A DNA stretch of 64,000 nucleotides from Cladosporium halotolerans (Eukaryota). Each line of letters opens with the position of its first letter. The stretch's first letter is position 1. The notes below the pieces were generated by a model. It was not told the DNA's origin, did not search any database, and was given only the letters and a program-made list of their open reading frames with translations. The DNA is taken from assembly GCF_011745625.1 (NCBI RefSeq), contig NW_027191461.1, positions 1 to 64,000 on the forward strand, given 5' to 3'. Below, one piece after another: positions 12,564 to 24,634 of this stretch. The position numbers were made by a program, and so were the translations under genes.

Positions 12564-14280
12564 TTAGCAAAAGGTCCAGAAGTAGCATCTTCGAATGTAA
12601 AAGCTATCTAGGCTCTGCTGGGCCGCAACTTCTGTTTTCTTCATGACCACTGTGATCGCGTGTCGTATACGAACGCCTGCTTTTATGAGGCCTTTCTGAG
12701 ACAGTGCCGAATTGACGAAGACTTTGATCGCTGGCACAGGTAGCCATTTCTTGTCCCTATCCCATGAAGACAGGCCTTCCATTAGTGGCCGGCGTTTGAG
12801 GCGTGTGGCAAGAATATTGTGGCAGGACTGGGCCTGCGAGCATTGATGAGCGCACTCCCTGTGGCTATCATGCAGGATTTTCGACAGCTCACCTAAGCAA
12901 CAAATTCTTGCAAAAGTGTCTCTTGCTCGATTCGCGAAAGGCGTCTCTCACGTACATGCTCTTCTTTGAGCGTTAGAATTATCACGGGATTCTGCGGCGC
13001 AATGATACATCGCACCCATTCACTCTGGAGCAATTGATGCCGAAGAACACCGATACGGTCTTCGAGATTGTTCAAGAGCCCGGCGCCCTCGCCAGTCTGC
13101 AAGCGTGCGATTGCCTCAGATGCTATGGCCGTCATGAACGTATGCAGAGAGGCCGAAAACGTCACGGCCGGACTGTACAGGCGCTGGTGCTCGACCATGA
13201 GGATAGCGCCTGTGTAGAATCCGCCAGCGCTGGACACGCATCCCTCAAGGCTGCTGCCAATGATGACATCAACGTTCATTGGGTCGGCATTCAGCATTTC
13301 GGTCTATCTTCTGCCAGTGCAATCTAGCATGCCATATGACCATCCACCCAGATGTTAGCGAGCAAGCATTCTCTGTCTGGTTCGAGGACAACTCGCGTCT
13401 CATCCAGAATGATCCGGTACTTGTAGTTGTGCTTGATCTCGATCAATCAGAGCAAATCAACCATTTCACTAAGTTACTCAAACACAGCCTCTGTGAGAAC
13501 AAACCTCCGAGTGAGCGGTCTACGTTCTTCGGCCAAATGAGAGAGCACACGTTCCAGATCGTCCCATGTCGTTGTGATTGAACCACCTAACAATGCTCCT
13601 GGAGGCGTGTATTCACCTACGAAAAGGGAAATCGACCAAACGATCTGCAACGATGATATCGCCCCGTTTACAAAATGCCGAGATCATGCTGCTGATAGTG
13701 GAGAAGCTCTGCGAATAGACGAAGGCGTCCTCGGTCCCGAAATGCGAGGCGATATCTTGCTCGAGCTTCAGATGGACATCGAAGGTGCCGTAGAAGCCTG
13801 GAGCAGAACAGGGGCCGACACCATGCGTGCGTATAGTCTCGACTGCAGATTGGATGAGCTGTTGGTCTCCGGACAGGTTATGGTGATTGTATTTGGCGAG
13901 CTTGGTGACTGTTCTGCCCTCGCGGAGCTTCGTTTTGGGCCTGAGAATGCGTCCCGGTGTAGCACGGGTAGCTTCTCGTCCAGGAAGCGCGATTCGGAAT
14001 TATCTTCGACAAGAACTTCCGGCGACCACTCCTCGACCAGGCCCTCTATTTCTGCTTCGCTCAAAGAGATGCGGTTGCTTTTCTTGTCCGGGCTGTAGCT
14101 CTTCGAGAACATGTACCGCAAAGCGAGAAGAAAGAGAATTAGCTCCACTATGCTGCTGACAACATCATTCTGGTGAGGAGAGCGCACGTAGCGAACGATT
14201 ATAACAGAGCCAGAAATGGTGTGGAAGGCTTTGAACACTTGCCGCGAGCCAACGGGCCTGATTGGATACCGCATGTGATG
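12564..14280 (-). pseudogene. LCB1: Degenerate serine palmitoyltransferase subunit 1 (LCB1/SPTLC1) paralog
   Basis: Recognisable LCB1 blocks in shifting frames (GVGPCSAPGFYGTFDVHLKLEQDIA, FCKRGDIIVADR, SRSIVRWFNHNDM, RPLTRRFVLTEAVFE, YRIILDET, VEHQRL...TFSASL, RHAITVVMKK). Frameshifts at ~13934 and ~13562; in-frame stops at 13613-15, 13474-76, 13447-49 and 12893-95; intron 12834-12892 retained. Confidence 0.9.
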
Positions 14281-14747
14281 TCTCGAGCATCGGAACCACC
14301 ACCAGACCCTTTGACGCTTTAGAGTAGCGATCTGATGACCTTTGGTATTAACCTACTGTGAGACTAATGGAACATCTTATATAGAAACCATTTCAGGCAA
14401 CAGCAATACAGACCCAGCATTGCACGGACAACTATCGTGCGCGACATACTCGCTAATTGGTTGCCGCCCGAATCCATCCCTGAGACTCCCTGGTTCGGCC
14501 GGGACTGCAGGAGGTGGTCTCCATGCTTTTATCGCAATATCTCTGGGAAACGTTCGTAGCGTTGTCTAGACAGGGCAGCATTCCCTCTGTAAACACAGGA
14601 GCTGCACGACAATCGAATTGGGTGCGGGCTGGCGCCAATGAGAAACGACTTAGGGCTGTCAGGGTCTTCGGTACGTCTGAGCCGCACAGGCGGCTCTCCG
14701 AGAGCCGCTCGTGGCAGAGGCATTTGCATGTGATCCTAGCACATCCA

Positions 14748-16504
14748 ATGGCTGGCACAATGCTCGGTCGGCTGAGCCAGAGCCGGCCATATATCTGTCG
14801 ACAATGTACATCGCAGTTGGTGAGGTCGCGTCGGCCATTTTCAGTGGGGTCAGCGCTTTTGCAGACGGCCAGCCACGAGGGTAATGGAAACGTGCTTGAG
14901 CTGCTCGAGTCGCGAGGCTATATCAAGGAAATAGCAGGGTCAGTAGCTTTCCTTGAATGTACATATCAATTGTGCGCAGCTAACGAATGGCACAGCGACC
15001 GCGATGCGCTCAATCAGATCCTGCAGAAGAAGCAGGTCGGCATCTACGCCGGTATCGACCCCACCGCGCCGTCCCTCCACCTAGGCCACCTCCTCCCTCT
15101 CATGGTGCTCTTCTGGCTCTACAACCACGGCCACCACACCGTCTCTCTCGTTGGCGGCGCAACAGCACGCGTAGGCGACCCTAGCGGACGCTTGACTTCC
15201 CGCGAAAAGACGCAGACCTCGATCCAAGAAGCGAACTTTCAGGCGCTGTACAAGGAAGTTGGAAGACTGTGGGAGAATGCTGCCAAGTATGGGCAAAGGC
15301 ATGGCTTCGAGCCAAAACAGACTTGGAGGAAAACACTGCTGGACAATGCGGAATGGCTGCTCAAACTGAATGTTGTGAGCTTCCTCCAGATGCTAGGTAC
15401 TGGGATGCGCATTGGGACTATGCTCGGCCGGGATACGTACGTAAGTCCTTTGCAGAGGAGATATACTGGGTGGACATCCATTCTGGCTGACACACTGCAG
15501 GGTTAAGAACAAGATGGAAAAGGGCGACGGCATGTCGTTCGCCGAATTTACTTATCCATTACTTCAAGGATGGGACTGGTGGCATATGTTCGCAAATCAC
15601 GACGTGCAACTGCAAGTCGGAGGCAGCGATCAGTATGGCAACATCGTGGCTGGAATGGATGCAATTAAGCACATCACGCTTAACAACCCCGAGACCCTCG
15701 AAGGCAAAGACATGCTGGACGCCAGCGGGAAGCTCAAAGACGAACGCTCTCCTATGGGCATCACTGTACCACTTCTCACCACCGCCAGCGGCGAGAAATT
15801 CGGCAAGAGCGCTGGAAACGCAATCTGGCTGGACAAAAACATGACCTCGCCTTTCGACCTCTATGGCGTAAGTTTACAATGTCCCTGCGCAGGCCTTCTG
15901 GATTTCATAACTCACGCACGCTCTACAGTTCCTCCTCCGCTCATCTGACGCCGACGTCGCCCGCTACCTTTCTCTATTCACCTTCGTGCCGCTCAGCACC
16001 ATCAAAGCAACCATGGCAGCGCACGAGGAAGACCCCGGGAAACGCCTCGCACAGCACCTCCTCGCCAGCGAAGTGCTCGAACTCGTCCACGGAAGAGGGG
16101 AAGCCGTCCGTACCCGCGAGCAACACCAGGCGATGCGCAACCCTAGCATCGCAGGACTGAGAGAGATGAAAGGCGAGCGCACAGTCCTGCCCAGGTCTCT
16201 TGTCGCCGGGACGCCGTTCGCCCGCGTACTGTGGCACGCTGGGATCGCGGGGACTAAATCCGAAGCGGCGAGATTACTGAAGAGCGGCGGAGTGTACGTC
16301 GCTTCTGGCCCTGAGCAGCAGTTTGCTCAGGTGAAGGACCAGACGCCAGAGGACATCGAGAGCTTCGCGGATGATGTGATTGTTCTTAGGATGGGGAAAT
16401 GGAAGGTGAGGATCGTTGAAATTGTAGATGACGTGGTGTTTGAGGAAGAGGGCAAGCAAGCTCAAGGGTGGGAGGAGTGGAAGGAGAGCAACACGCGCTC
16501 TTGA
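14748..16504 (+). CDS. MSY1: Mitochondrial tyrosyl-tRNA synthetase, 3 introns
   Basis: Arg/Ser-rich presequence; YAGIDPTAPSLHLGH (HIGH-like), GGATARVGDPSGR, QVGGSDQYGNI and KFGKSAGN (KMSKS-like); S4-like C-terminus. Confidence 0.95.
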
Positions 16505-16760
16505 GCGCATGTACAACACGTAGCTGTAATCATACTTGTAACCATAGAAAATCTTCGCTGCAACAACTCAAGAGGACGAAAACCATGCCTAGGGTCACTT
16601 TCACAAGGACATGAGGTGCTCGCACGAAGTGGGTTCCGAAAGGCCGGCATTGCATAAAGAAGGTTTAGAACAAGCAATTCCCATATCCACGAAGGAAACC
16701 CCCTTGTAGGCGCTCGAACGCTTCGTCAAGCAAATGATCGTGTCTCGTATCTTCATAACC

Positions 16761-19700
16761 TCATATGCCGCAATCAGCATGAATACCACCCTCAACCGCA
16801 TCCGTCTCCACACATTCGCAGCGAAACCTCTCCCGGAACTCATACGGCGCCAGCCCCTCCAGAGCCTCCATCGCCAATTTCGCCGCCCTCACGCGGGAGT
16901 ATCTGGCCGATTTTCCCCTGTCGTGCGCGATGATCTGTTGGTGAACCATCACGACCACCACGACTTCTTTCTTGCCCGGCACGTTCATTGCGGGGACTTC
17001 TTTGGCCATCATACGATATTTCCTGCAGCCGAAGGTCTGGTCGAGCATTTGGTGCAGTTTGGTACAGGGGTGATTGTTCGCATAACCGTCGTAGAGGCTC
17101 ATGTCTGCGAAGTACGGCAAGATATGGATGTCGAAAAACCGCTGAACCTCATTGTAATTGAAGTTGGAGTCGATGAAAACAGCACCTACGTATGCTTCGA
17201 CGATGTCTGCTAGACATTTCGGTGGTTCTGAGACCGTGGTCCAGTAGTCTTTCGCATCAGGGCCAGTCAGCTCTTTTGCGTCATGCAGCTCCGTGACATA
17301 GTCCCGAATCTGCTGCTCCATGATTGCATGGTTGTGGCGTATGTGCTTGTAGAAGCCTGTGTTGACTGCGATCATGCCGAGCGCGCGGTTCCCGATCATG
17401 GCCATCTTGTGCTCTGTCAGCCACTGTGGATCCTTGTCAGGAAACTTGTTGAAAATGTAAGTGATGCTGGCCATGTCCAGAAGTGCGTCCCCCAGAAACT
17501 CGAGACGTTGATAATTGGGCAGCTTCTCGTAAAGGAAGGGCTGTGAGGGGTGGATGAACGCCGAGCGAAGAAGTCGTGGGTACTGGAAATGGTAGTCATG
17601 TTTTTGCTCGACCTTCTCGGCTGTGTCTCTTTGCGAGGCCGACGATTCCGCTGTCTGGTATTCGGGTAGCTTGTACGTTGCTTCGTAGTCACTCCACTTC
17701 AGCATCGTGTGATCCTTGCTCCTCACGAGCTTCGTGACCACACTGACAGCGTTGTCCCATTGGTCGCGTTGCCAATTGCCCGGCTTGTCATGGGCCATGA
17801 ACGCAGCACCGATCATCGCCTCGCAGACATCAGCAATTGTCTTTTCGCCCAAGTTGTGCTTTGAGCCAACACGGTGCTCTTCCTCCGTCTCTTCGGTCTT
17901 CACCGCACCCTTGCCCTCAAGCAGCTTCATGCCTTCGGGATACCACAGACGCCTGGAGAAAGACCTGCTCCGAATGTATTCGTAAAGTTTGAGCTCTTGG
18001 GCAACATGAAAAAGATTCTTGTTGCAGAGCATGAGCATGCGTTTCACGTGGAGCTCGAACTCGTTGTCATTCGGGTTCTGGATGAAAGTCGAGATTGTCG
18101 TCGCAGTCTTGAGAAAGCAGTCTCCCATGAACTCCAGGCGTTCGTAGTTATCGCCCATTCCATCCTGAAAATTGATACGCTCATCTGTCTCATGGTCTCC
18201 ACTGTTGTCCGAGTCTTTGGTTATAGTTGCAAGTGCTGTTGTGAGGTCGCATTCCACACCAATCATATCTGCCGCTTCACTTGCAATAAGATACGACTCG
18301 AAGCGCCATATAATTGCAGGCCAAATGAAGCAAGAGACAGCTATGCAGATAGGAAGGACCGAAATTTGCAGCGGCTGCGGGCAAATGAAGGCTTTGGTGA
18401 AATCCTGAAGTTCCTTGGAGGATGGTGCGGCGAGAAAGTTGCGCCGAGTGACCACTTTCTGTGCCTCCATTACTGGTTGGTCGATGTCCCAGACGTCTTT
18501 GAACTTCTCGCGAGTGCTTTTCCACATGCTGTTGCTGTAATTGAGAATTGTACCTTTCCATTTGCTTTTCGCGGTGCCCGCAGGAACAGGGTCCAACGCT
18601 TTGCGTGATGGATCGACGCCCTTTGAGTAGAACTTTCTCCCGCCATCCCACTTATCGACAATGAAACGATCAGTGAGGGCCTCGTTCGGCATATCTGCAG
18701 ACCACTGGTAGCCCTCGAGAGCTGCAACCTCGTGCAGGAGACTCCAGTCAAGGAAAGATGATGGAGACGCGCTGCTCTCATGGTCACCGTTCGTCACGGG
18801 AGCAAGCCAGTAAGAAAATTGGCGAACGTCATCCTCGTATGTCTTGCTGAATACATCTTTGAAGACGCGCAGAGTGAACGTAGTTAGTAGTCTTACGACT
18901 TCATCCGTGCACAAGAGCGGTTGATTGACAGACTGCGACACAACTTGAGACATTTTGCCATCGTTCAGGAAGATCGGGAAAGAGGGAAATTGCGGCATTG
19001 GTGTCTTTGTCAACATCGCAAATGGCTGGTGGTCTCGCTCAAGGCGGTCGGCAAAGTCAATGACGGTCAGAAACAGCCTGTCTGGTGAGTCGCCTCTCGA
19101 CTGCTTCCAGATGATTGGTTTCGTCTTCATGTCATAAGCCAGAGTCTTTTTCATACTCACAGCGAGCAAAGCGTTGCGCATTGCTGGTAGCTTCTTCACG
19201 TAGGTCGGATGCAGATGGATGTCGAGATATTCCTTCCTCCGAAGTTCAAGGCATGCTTCGAATGCCGCCGAACGTTTGGCTAGTGTCTTCTTGGTGTGAA
19301 CGCGACCGATCATAGATTGGATGGGCGACTCCACAGGGAGCAGGACTTCGGCCACGAACTTTTCATCACAACTGGTCACCACGTATGTCGGATGTCGTGG
19401 CTCGTTCGTGTCTGTTGGGATTGCAGAGACGAAGTTCGCCAGGAAACCCAATGCATTACCGTAAGTCAGCTTCGCCCCTGTGGAGGGTTCCGTGTAGACC
19501 TGAAGGTTCTTCTCCTTGGCCATGATTTGGTCGACCTGTTTGTCGTTTCCTGACAACAATCTGTCTTCTGGTAATTGCTGGCAGAAGCTTCTCATTGCCA
19601 TTTCCTGGTATCTGACCTCGCTGACAAGTTGCGATTGTGAAGAATTGTCTTTCTCGACCATGTGAATGAATTTGGAATTGTTTTGTCTGGCTCTGCCGCG

Positions 19701-21332
19701 AGATTGCACATACTGCACCATCGTGTTGTATAGAGAGAATCGGACCACAAGGTTGCAGTCAGGGACGTCCAAACCTTCTTCGGCAACTGAGGTTGCGAAG
19801 AGGCAATTGATTTCGCCTTTCCTGAATTTCATCATCGTCACCACCTGCTCTCGGAAACTAAAGCTTTGCTCGTCCAGTTCACGCTTGTTTTCCCCAATCA
19901 AGAAGCCAGCTCTGAGATGCTCCGACCCGAGGCGCTTGAAGACTGCAGCAAGTAGGCGTGCGGCACGGCGCTGATTGACGAAAACAAGACATCTGTAGTT
20001 TGAAGGCTTTTCGAACTCCATGCCCAAGAATTTCGCGAGTTCTCGGACCTTATCGCTCAGACCATTGTCGTCGGATGCGCAGTCTGGGCGAGCTTTCCAT
20101 CTCCCAACCACATACTCGGAAGCCTTGCGAAGCTCTGCCAGTTGATCATCCAGCTCCACTCGAGACTTACCATCAGTAGAAGCGTAGAAATTTTGCTCCA
20201 CAAGAGCTTCATACTTTAGTAGCTTTTTCTCGGCAAGAGCATCGACAAGGTATTGGTCAGCACACCAAGGCCCCAACTCTGCAGCAATGTCCATAGCAGT
20301 GTTGAACACTTTGTGGAATACAACGATGTGAGAAAATCGTGCCTTCGTGGCCGTCAAAAACTCGGTCTCAAACGGGCTTCTGAGGGGGCCATATAGCATG
20401 ACGTGCTCGTCTTTTCTCTTGAGAAATTGCTGGAGACTCAAGTCTGTTGCGGTCGCAATGCGACTGTGAAGAAGACCCTCCAACTCGTGGGCAGCTTGAA
20501 GAACGTCCGCTTTAGAATCGATCGGGCTTGCAGTCATTCCAAAGATTCGTGGGCGATCACTTTTGTTGGGTACGGTGAGATAGTGGTCCTTGATGATTCG
20601 AGCATATGGATGGTCCTTCTTCGTGTGATGAGCCTCATCAATGACGAGCAGATTGATCTGCCTGATCGTTATGTAGCTCCGAGCAAGGCAGTCGAGTAGT
20701 ATATCGGCGGTGCAAACAACTACTTTGTTCTCCGAGAAGTGCCGATCCCAGACAGACTTGTTCCATCTATCGACCTTCATGGCACCGCAAAAACGAGCAA
20801 TGTTGTGGTCCAAGTTTGCTTCAAGGACGGCATGTTGCTGAAACACGAGGGCCACAGAAGGAACGATGAAAAAGGTGATCTTGGGGGGATCCCCTGTGGC
20901 CCGCAGCTCCAGCTCTTGGTCTAGGACCCAGCGAATGAGAAGTACTGCTATGAGCGTCTTGCCAGATCCAGTGTCAAGTACAGCAACGGTGTTTTCTTTC
21001 TTGGCTCTCTCAAAAAGCTCCAATTGATATTCACGTGGATTCTTGACAATTTCAGTGCTCTCTTGTCTCGCCATTAAAGAAGGAATGCTAAGCAGTTCAT
21101 CGTCCGGCTGGTCGGTGCTCTCTTGCCTTAAACGCAGCCTCGGAGTCTGCGCTGCCTCGGACTGCAGCCATGATTCGAACAGAGTGTTTTGCAACCTTCG
21201 TGTGTCCGATGACGCCGTTGGGGCAGCTGCCAGCTCGTCGTCGCTGTCGTCGCCACCGTCCTTCATCTCCATGTCGTCGCCAAAGGTATTGTGGGCAGTG
21301 CCACTTTCGTCGAGTGTCATCTCCGACAACAT
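16761..21332 (-). CDS. DCL1: Dicer-like protein 1 (helicase, dimerization domain, PAZ region, two RNase III domains, dsRBD); the 5' end may include an upstream exon
   Basis: PREYQLELF, LDTGSGKT, DEAHH, ATSVAEEGLDVPDC, QSRGRAR, ERLEFMGDCFLK and QRLEFLGDALL, plus C-terminal His/Cys residues typical of fungal Dcl1. Confidence 0.95.
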   Translation of the reverse strand: MLSEMTLDESGTAHNTFGDDMEMKDGGDDSDDELAAAPTASSDTRRLQNTLFESWLQSEAAQTPRLRLRQESTDQPDDELLSIPSLMARQESTEIVKNPREYQLELFERAKKENTVAVLDTGSGKTLIAVLLIRWVLDQELELRATGDPPKITFFIVPSVALVFQQHAVLEANLDHNIARFCGAMKVDRWNKSVWDRHFSENKVVVCTADILLDCLARSYITIRQINLLVIDEAHHTKKDHPYARIIKDHYLTVPNKSDRPRIFGMTASPIDSKADVLQAAHELEGLLHSRIATATDLSLQQFLKRKDEHVMLYGPLRSPFETEFLTATKARFSHIVVFHKVFNTAMDIAAELGPWCADQYLVDALAEKKLLKYEALVEQNFYASTDGKSRVELDDQLAELRKASEYVVGRWKARPDCASDDNGLSDKVRELAKFLGMEFEKPSNYRCLVFVNQRRAARLLAAVFKRLGSEHLRAGFLIGENKRELDEQSFSFREQVVTMMKFRKGEINCLFATSVAEEGLDVPDCNLVVRFSLYNTMVQYVQSRGRARQNNSKFIHMVEKDNSSQSQLVSEVRYQEMAMRSFCQQLPEDRLLSGNDKQVDQIMAKEKNLQVYTEPSTGAKLTYGNALGFLANFVSAIPTDTNEPRHPTYVVTSCDEKFVAEVLLPVESPIQSMIGRVHTKKTLAKRSAAFEACLELRRKEYLDIHLHPTYVKKLPAMRNALLAVSMKKTLAYDMKTKPIIWKQSRGDSPDRLFLTVIDFADRLERDHQPFAMLTKTPMPQFPSFPIFLNDGKMSQVVSQSVNQPLLCTDEVVRLLTTFTLRVFKDVFSKTYEDDVRQFSYWLAPVTNGDHESSASPSSFLDWSLLHEVAALEGYQWSADMPNEALTDRFIVDKWDGGRKFYSKGVDPSRKALDPVPAGTAKSKWKGTILNYSNSMWKSTREKFKDVWDIDQPVMEAQKVVTRRNFLAAPSSKELQDFTKAFICPQPLQISVLPICIAVSCFIWPAIIWRFESYLIASEAADMIGVECDLTTALATITKDSDNSGDHETDERINFQDGMGDNYERLEFMGDCFLKTATTISTFIQNPNDNEFELHVKRMLMLCNKNLFHVAQELKLYEYIRSRSFSRRLWYPEGMKLLEGKGAVKTEETEEEHRVGSKHNLGEKTIADVCEAMIGAAFMAHDKPGNWQRDQWDNAVSVVTKLVRSKDHTMLKWSDYEATYKLPEYQTAESSASQRDTAEKVEQKHDYHFQYPRLLRSAFIHPSQPFLYEKLPNYQRLEFLGDALLDMASITYIFNKFPDKDPQWLTEHKMAMIGNRALGMIAVNTGFYKHIRHNHAIMEQQIRDYVTELHDAKELTGPDAKDYWTTVSEPPKCLADIVEAYVGAVFIDSNFNYNEVQRFFDIHILPYFADMSLYDGYANNHPCTKLHQMLDQTFGCRKYRMMAKEVPAMNVPGKKEVVVVVMVHQQIIAHDRGKSARYSRVRAAKLAMEALEGLAPYEFRERFRCECVETDAVEGGIHADCGI

Positions 21333-21774
21333 GACCGTGGCGTATTCTGAGCTGTGTCAGCGTCACATGGTCGACGAGGAAAAAAGGAAGTCGAAGTGTT
21401 TGTGGTTGAAACAAACACTGCGAAAGTTAGGAAAGCAGCATCAGACCTGCGTCAACGCCTTCGCCTTTCCACCCTTGTCCATGCATGATACCAAAAGAGG
21501 GGCTCCGCCGTGAGTTTGCAGCGGAAACGGATGCAGATGCAAGGAGTAACGAGGCTCGGCAGCTACCTACTGTGCCACAAAGTTGTTCGTTCGTCAACAG
21601 ACTCCAGCAAAGGCAAGCCTGGACTTTGGATAGCGGGGCAGCGATGCGGGCGCGGGGCGGCCCGGCCTTCACATGCGCCGATGCGCGAAGTCAAAGGTGG
21701 GAATGTGAGCTGTCCCGCCTACCTATCTAGGAAAGCCCTCGATTTCTCATTTCATCTTTTGCAAGACGCCCAAC

Positions 21775-22839
21775 ATGGCCGAGGAACCACGAAGCATTCG
21801 CGCAGTATACGATGATGCCGAGCAGCGACGCGCGATTCTGGAGAATTTTCCAAGCAACTCCTCTACGTTCCAGGACAGCCTTCTTGCCGCCCTCCAGCTG
21901 TACGAGCAATGCTTGAGCATCGCGGACCGCATATCGCTTTTCAGTCCAAACGAGTCACTAGAAGACATCACCTCCGCCGACCTTCAATTCCTCTCATTGC
22001 ACTTCCGAGTTGCCGAACTATGCATGAAAATCAATGGACAAAACCGCAAGGAAACTCTACATGCGGCCCAAAGGCACTACGAGCAGTACCTGAAGCTGCT
22101 GGACAGCTATGACATCTTGGAGAAGAGTGATGCGAGCTTGTTGGAGCAATACCGCGAGTCACCCGACACTTTTACCACAGCGCAAAGTAGAGACCCTGCA
22201 ACGAAGCGAGACATAAAGATCAAGCGGTTTAAGGAGGAAAAGTCGCTGAGGCAAAAGCTCGAATACCTGCGGAAGAATCCTTCGGTGCTCCACAACGACG
22301 ATGATGCGTACCGAGAGCTGCAGCTCACGGACATTGCATATTGCACACATCAGACGTTTGCATCGTTGGAGTCAATCGGACAGGAGCTGCACATCCTGTC
22401 TCTAGCGCCTCCTGGCCCGCCGCCCGACTACGCGCAGCAAAGGCCAGATGATTCACGCGATCGGAACAGACAATCGGATGGATACTCGGAACGCCTCGAT
22501 GCCCCACACCTGTCTGCTGGTATGAAGGGACCCCTCCTTGACAGTAAAGGCAAGCCGCTGCGACCTTTTACGCTCCTCGGAAGTAAGCGACAAGACTTTA
22601 GAGACGGGGTGTTCAGGCCAGATCACAATCTGCCGACTATGTCGATTGATGAGTATCTGGAGGAAGAAAGGAAGCGCGGCGGTATCATTGAAGGAGGTGG
22701 AGAACAGAGTGGCATCAAGCCTCAGATTGACGAGGACGACTATGAGCTCGCAGATCGTGAGACTATGAAAGCGAGAGAATGGGACGAGTACGTGGAAGCG
22801 AATCCCAAAGGAAGCGGTAATACCATCAACAGAGGGTAA
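21775..22839 (+). CDS. TAP42: TAP42/alpha4 PP2A regulatory subunit
   Basis: SLFSPNESLEDI, KRDIKIKRFK, LPTMSIDEYLEEE and KAREWDEYVEANPKGSGNTINRG. Confidence 0.95.
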   Translation: MAEEPRSIRAVYDDAEQRRAILENFPSNSSTFQDSLLAALQLYEQCLSIADRISLFSPNESLEDITSADLQFLSLHFRVAELCMKINGQNRKETLHAAQRHYEQYLKLLDSYDILEKSDASLLEQYRESPDTFTTAQSRDPATKRDIKIKRFKEEKSLRQKLEYLRKNPSVLHNDDDAYRELQLTDIAYCTHQTFASLESIGQELHILSLAPPGPPPDYAQQRPDDSRDRNRQSDGYSERLDAPHLSAGMKGPLLDSKGKPLRPFTLLGSKRQDFRDGVFRPDHNLPTMSIDEYLEEERKRGGIIEGGGEQSGIKPQIDEDDYELADRETMKAREWDEYVEANPKGSGNTINRG

Positions 22840-23071
22840 GCAACAGCATATAATCCAACGCATGCAGCTCCGACCTAGAAATATTGCTCGTAACTACAGC
22901 TGCGATTCAGTGACAGTGAAAACGCACGACTGCGCGGACTGGCAAAATGGTGAAATGCATGTTGAATTCGTGAGCCTCATCACCAGCTAAAAGCCTCAAC
23001 CTTCATTGGGAGGCTGTTCCGTCGATCATCACAACGCCTTGAACGCCAAGCTGGCTTTTTTCCAGTTTGAA

Positions 23072-24217
23072 TTAGTAGTAACCTCGGCCTCTGCGTCCTC
23101 TACCCCTTCCGCCTCCACCGTGACCTCCCATGCCACCCTGTTCTTGTTGCATGATGGCGATCTGCTGCGCACTGAGGCCCTCTGTGTTCATGCCAGGGCC
23201 AAAGCCTTGCCCACCGCTTGGTCCAGAAGGCGGCTGGAATTGACCTTGCGGGTGGGGCGATTGGCCTCCAAACCCACCTTGGCCGCCGAAGGCTGGTCCA
23301 GAGGGCGGCTGGGGTGTGTGTCCACCGGGACCACCGCCAGGCATACCACCCATCATAGCCATGAACTGGTTCATGTCCATCTTGCTCGGGTCCATGCCTT
23401 GCGACATCATTTGCATCATCTGGTCCATGCCAGGCATACCGGGTGGTGTGGGTCCGGGCATTCCTGGCATCCCTCCACCAGAGTCTCCGCCCATGCCGAG
23501 CATGGCTTTCATTTGCATGTCCTCGTCTTTCTGCTGAGCGATCGTGCCAGCCATACTCTGTTGGCGTACGCAATACTGTGTCCAAGTGTACTCGTCAAAG
23601 CCGTAGTTGAAGAAATCGGTCTGGTCGGTTCCAGGCAAGCGCCAGAGCTTGGAGTTCTCGGCAAGGTCGGCATCGATGTCAAGGAGTGTTATGGGTTTGT
23701 TGACGCCAGGCCAGCTGGGATTGGCACTGAGATTGACGGTGCTTGTGCGGATCTGAGGAAAGTCTTTGCCCTCTTTACCGCCGTGGGTAGGCGCGCCTTT
23801 GACCGTGGTGGTTGCGGAGGTTCCATGCTCGGTTTTCGGGACTTTTGATGGGGGTGAAGGATCGACTGAAGCAGTGCGATCAAGCGTCGCGGACTGTGGT
23901 TTCGCAGATGTTGCGCGAGGTGGTCTACACGAATGTCAGATGAGAGCGGGCGGTGGAAACTGGGCGCATCACCTACACTGATTCTGCTTTCACCCCCTCT
24001 GGCCTCTCGGTTGTAATTTGAATGTCCTACATATCACAGTATTAGAATCGCATTGCTTGCTATGTATGTGGCAGTGGTCGCGTACATCCTCGCTGTCCTC
24101 TTCCTCCTCGCTCACGTCCATTTGCTCTGCCTTGACCTGAGCGTCGCCATCCGCAGGAGCCTGATCGGCGTGATCCTGGGTGTCAGTGCCGTAAAGATCA
24201 TCCTCTTCGTCCTCCAT
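23072..24217 (-). CDS. FIP1: Pre-mRNA polyadenylation factor Fip1, 2 introns near the 5' end
   Basis: Acidic N-terminus MEDEEDDLYG; Fip1 motif KLWRLPGTDQTDFFNYGFDEYTWTQYC; G/M/P-rich tail with RGG. Confidence 0.93.
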
Positions 24218-24634
24218 TTTGCAGTGTGACGCGAGTAACTGCGAGTCAAATGGTCAATGGTGTATGGATAATGAGTGAAGGTCGAGACAAGGTTGTCTTT
24301 AGCGTCGCACGGCACGCGCCAGGTCAAAGCTCTGTGTCCAAAGTTCGCGCAAGCAACGCGCGAAGCTGCACCTCAAATCAACCTCACTGCATCAACCTTT
24401 TTTGCGCCACACATCCAGCGTCCCTTGTTTCCTGTCTGGTGTCAGATACCCATTGGCAGGCAGCTTTCCGACATCTCTAAGCCCTGCGTATTGTGGTTGA
24501 AACAGTCGCAAAACAGGTGAGCATCCCCTGTGTTTCCTCCCTTCACACGTACCCTCCGCGTCCAGCAGAGAAGCCTGACAGTCGCAGTAAAGAGTCGAGT
24601 GTTCAGAGACATCGAAAGTCTCGATCTTGCCGCA

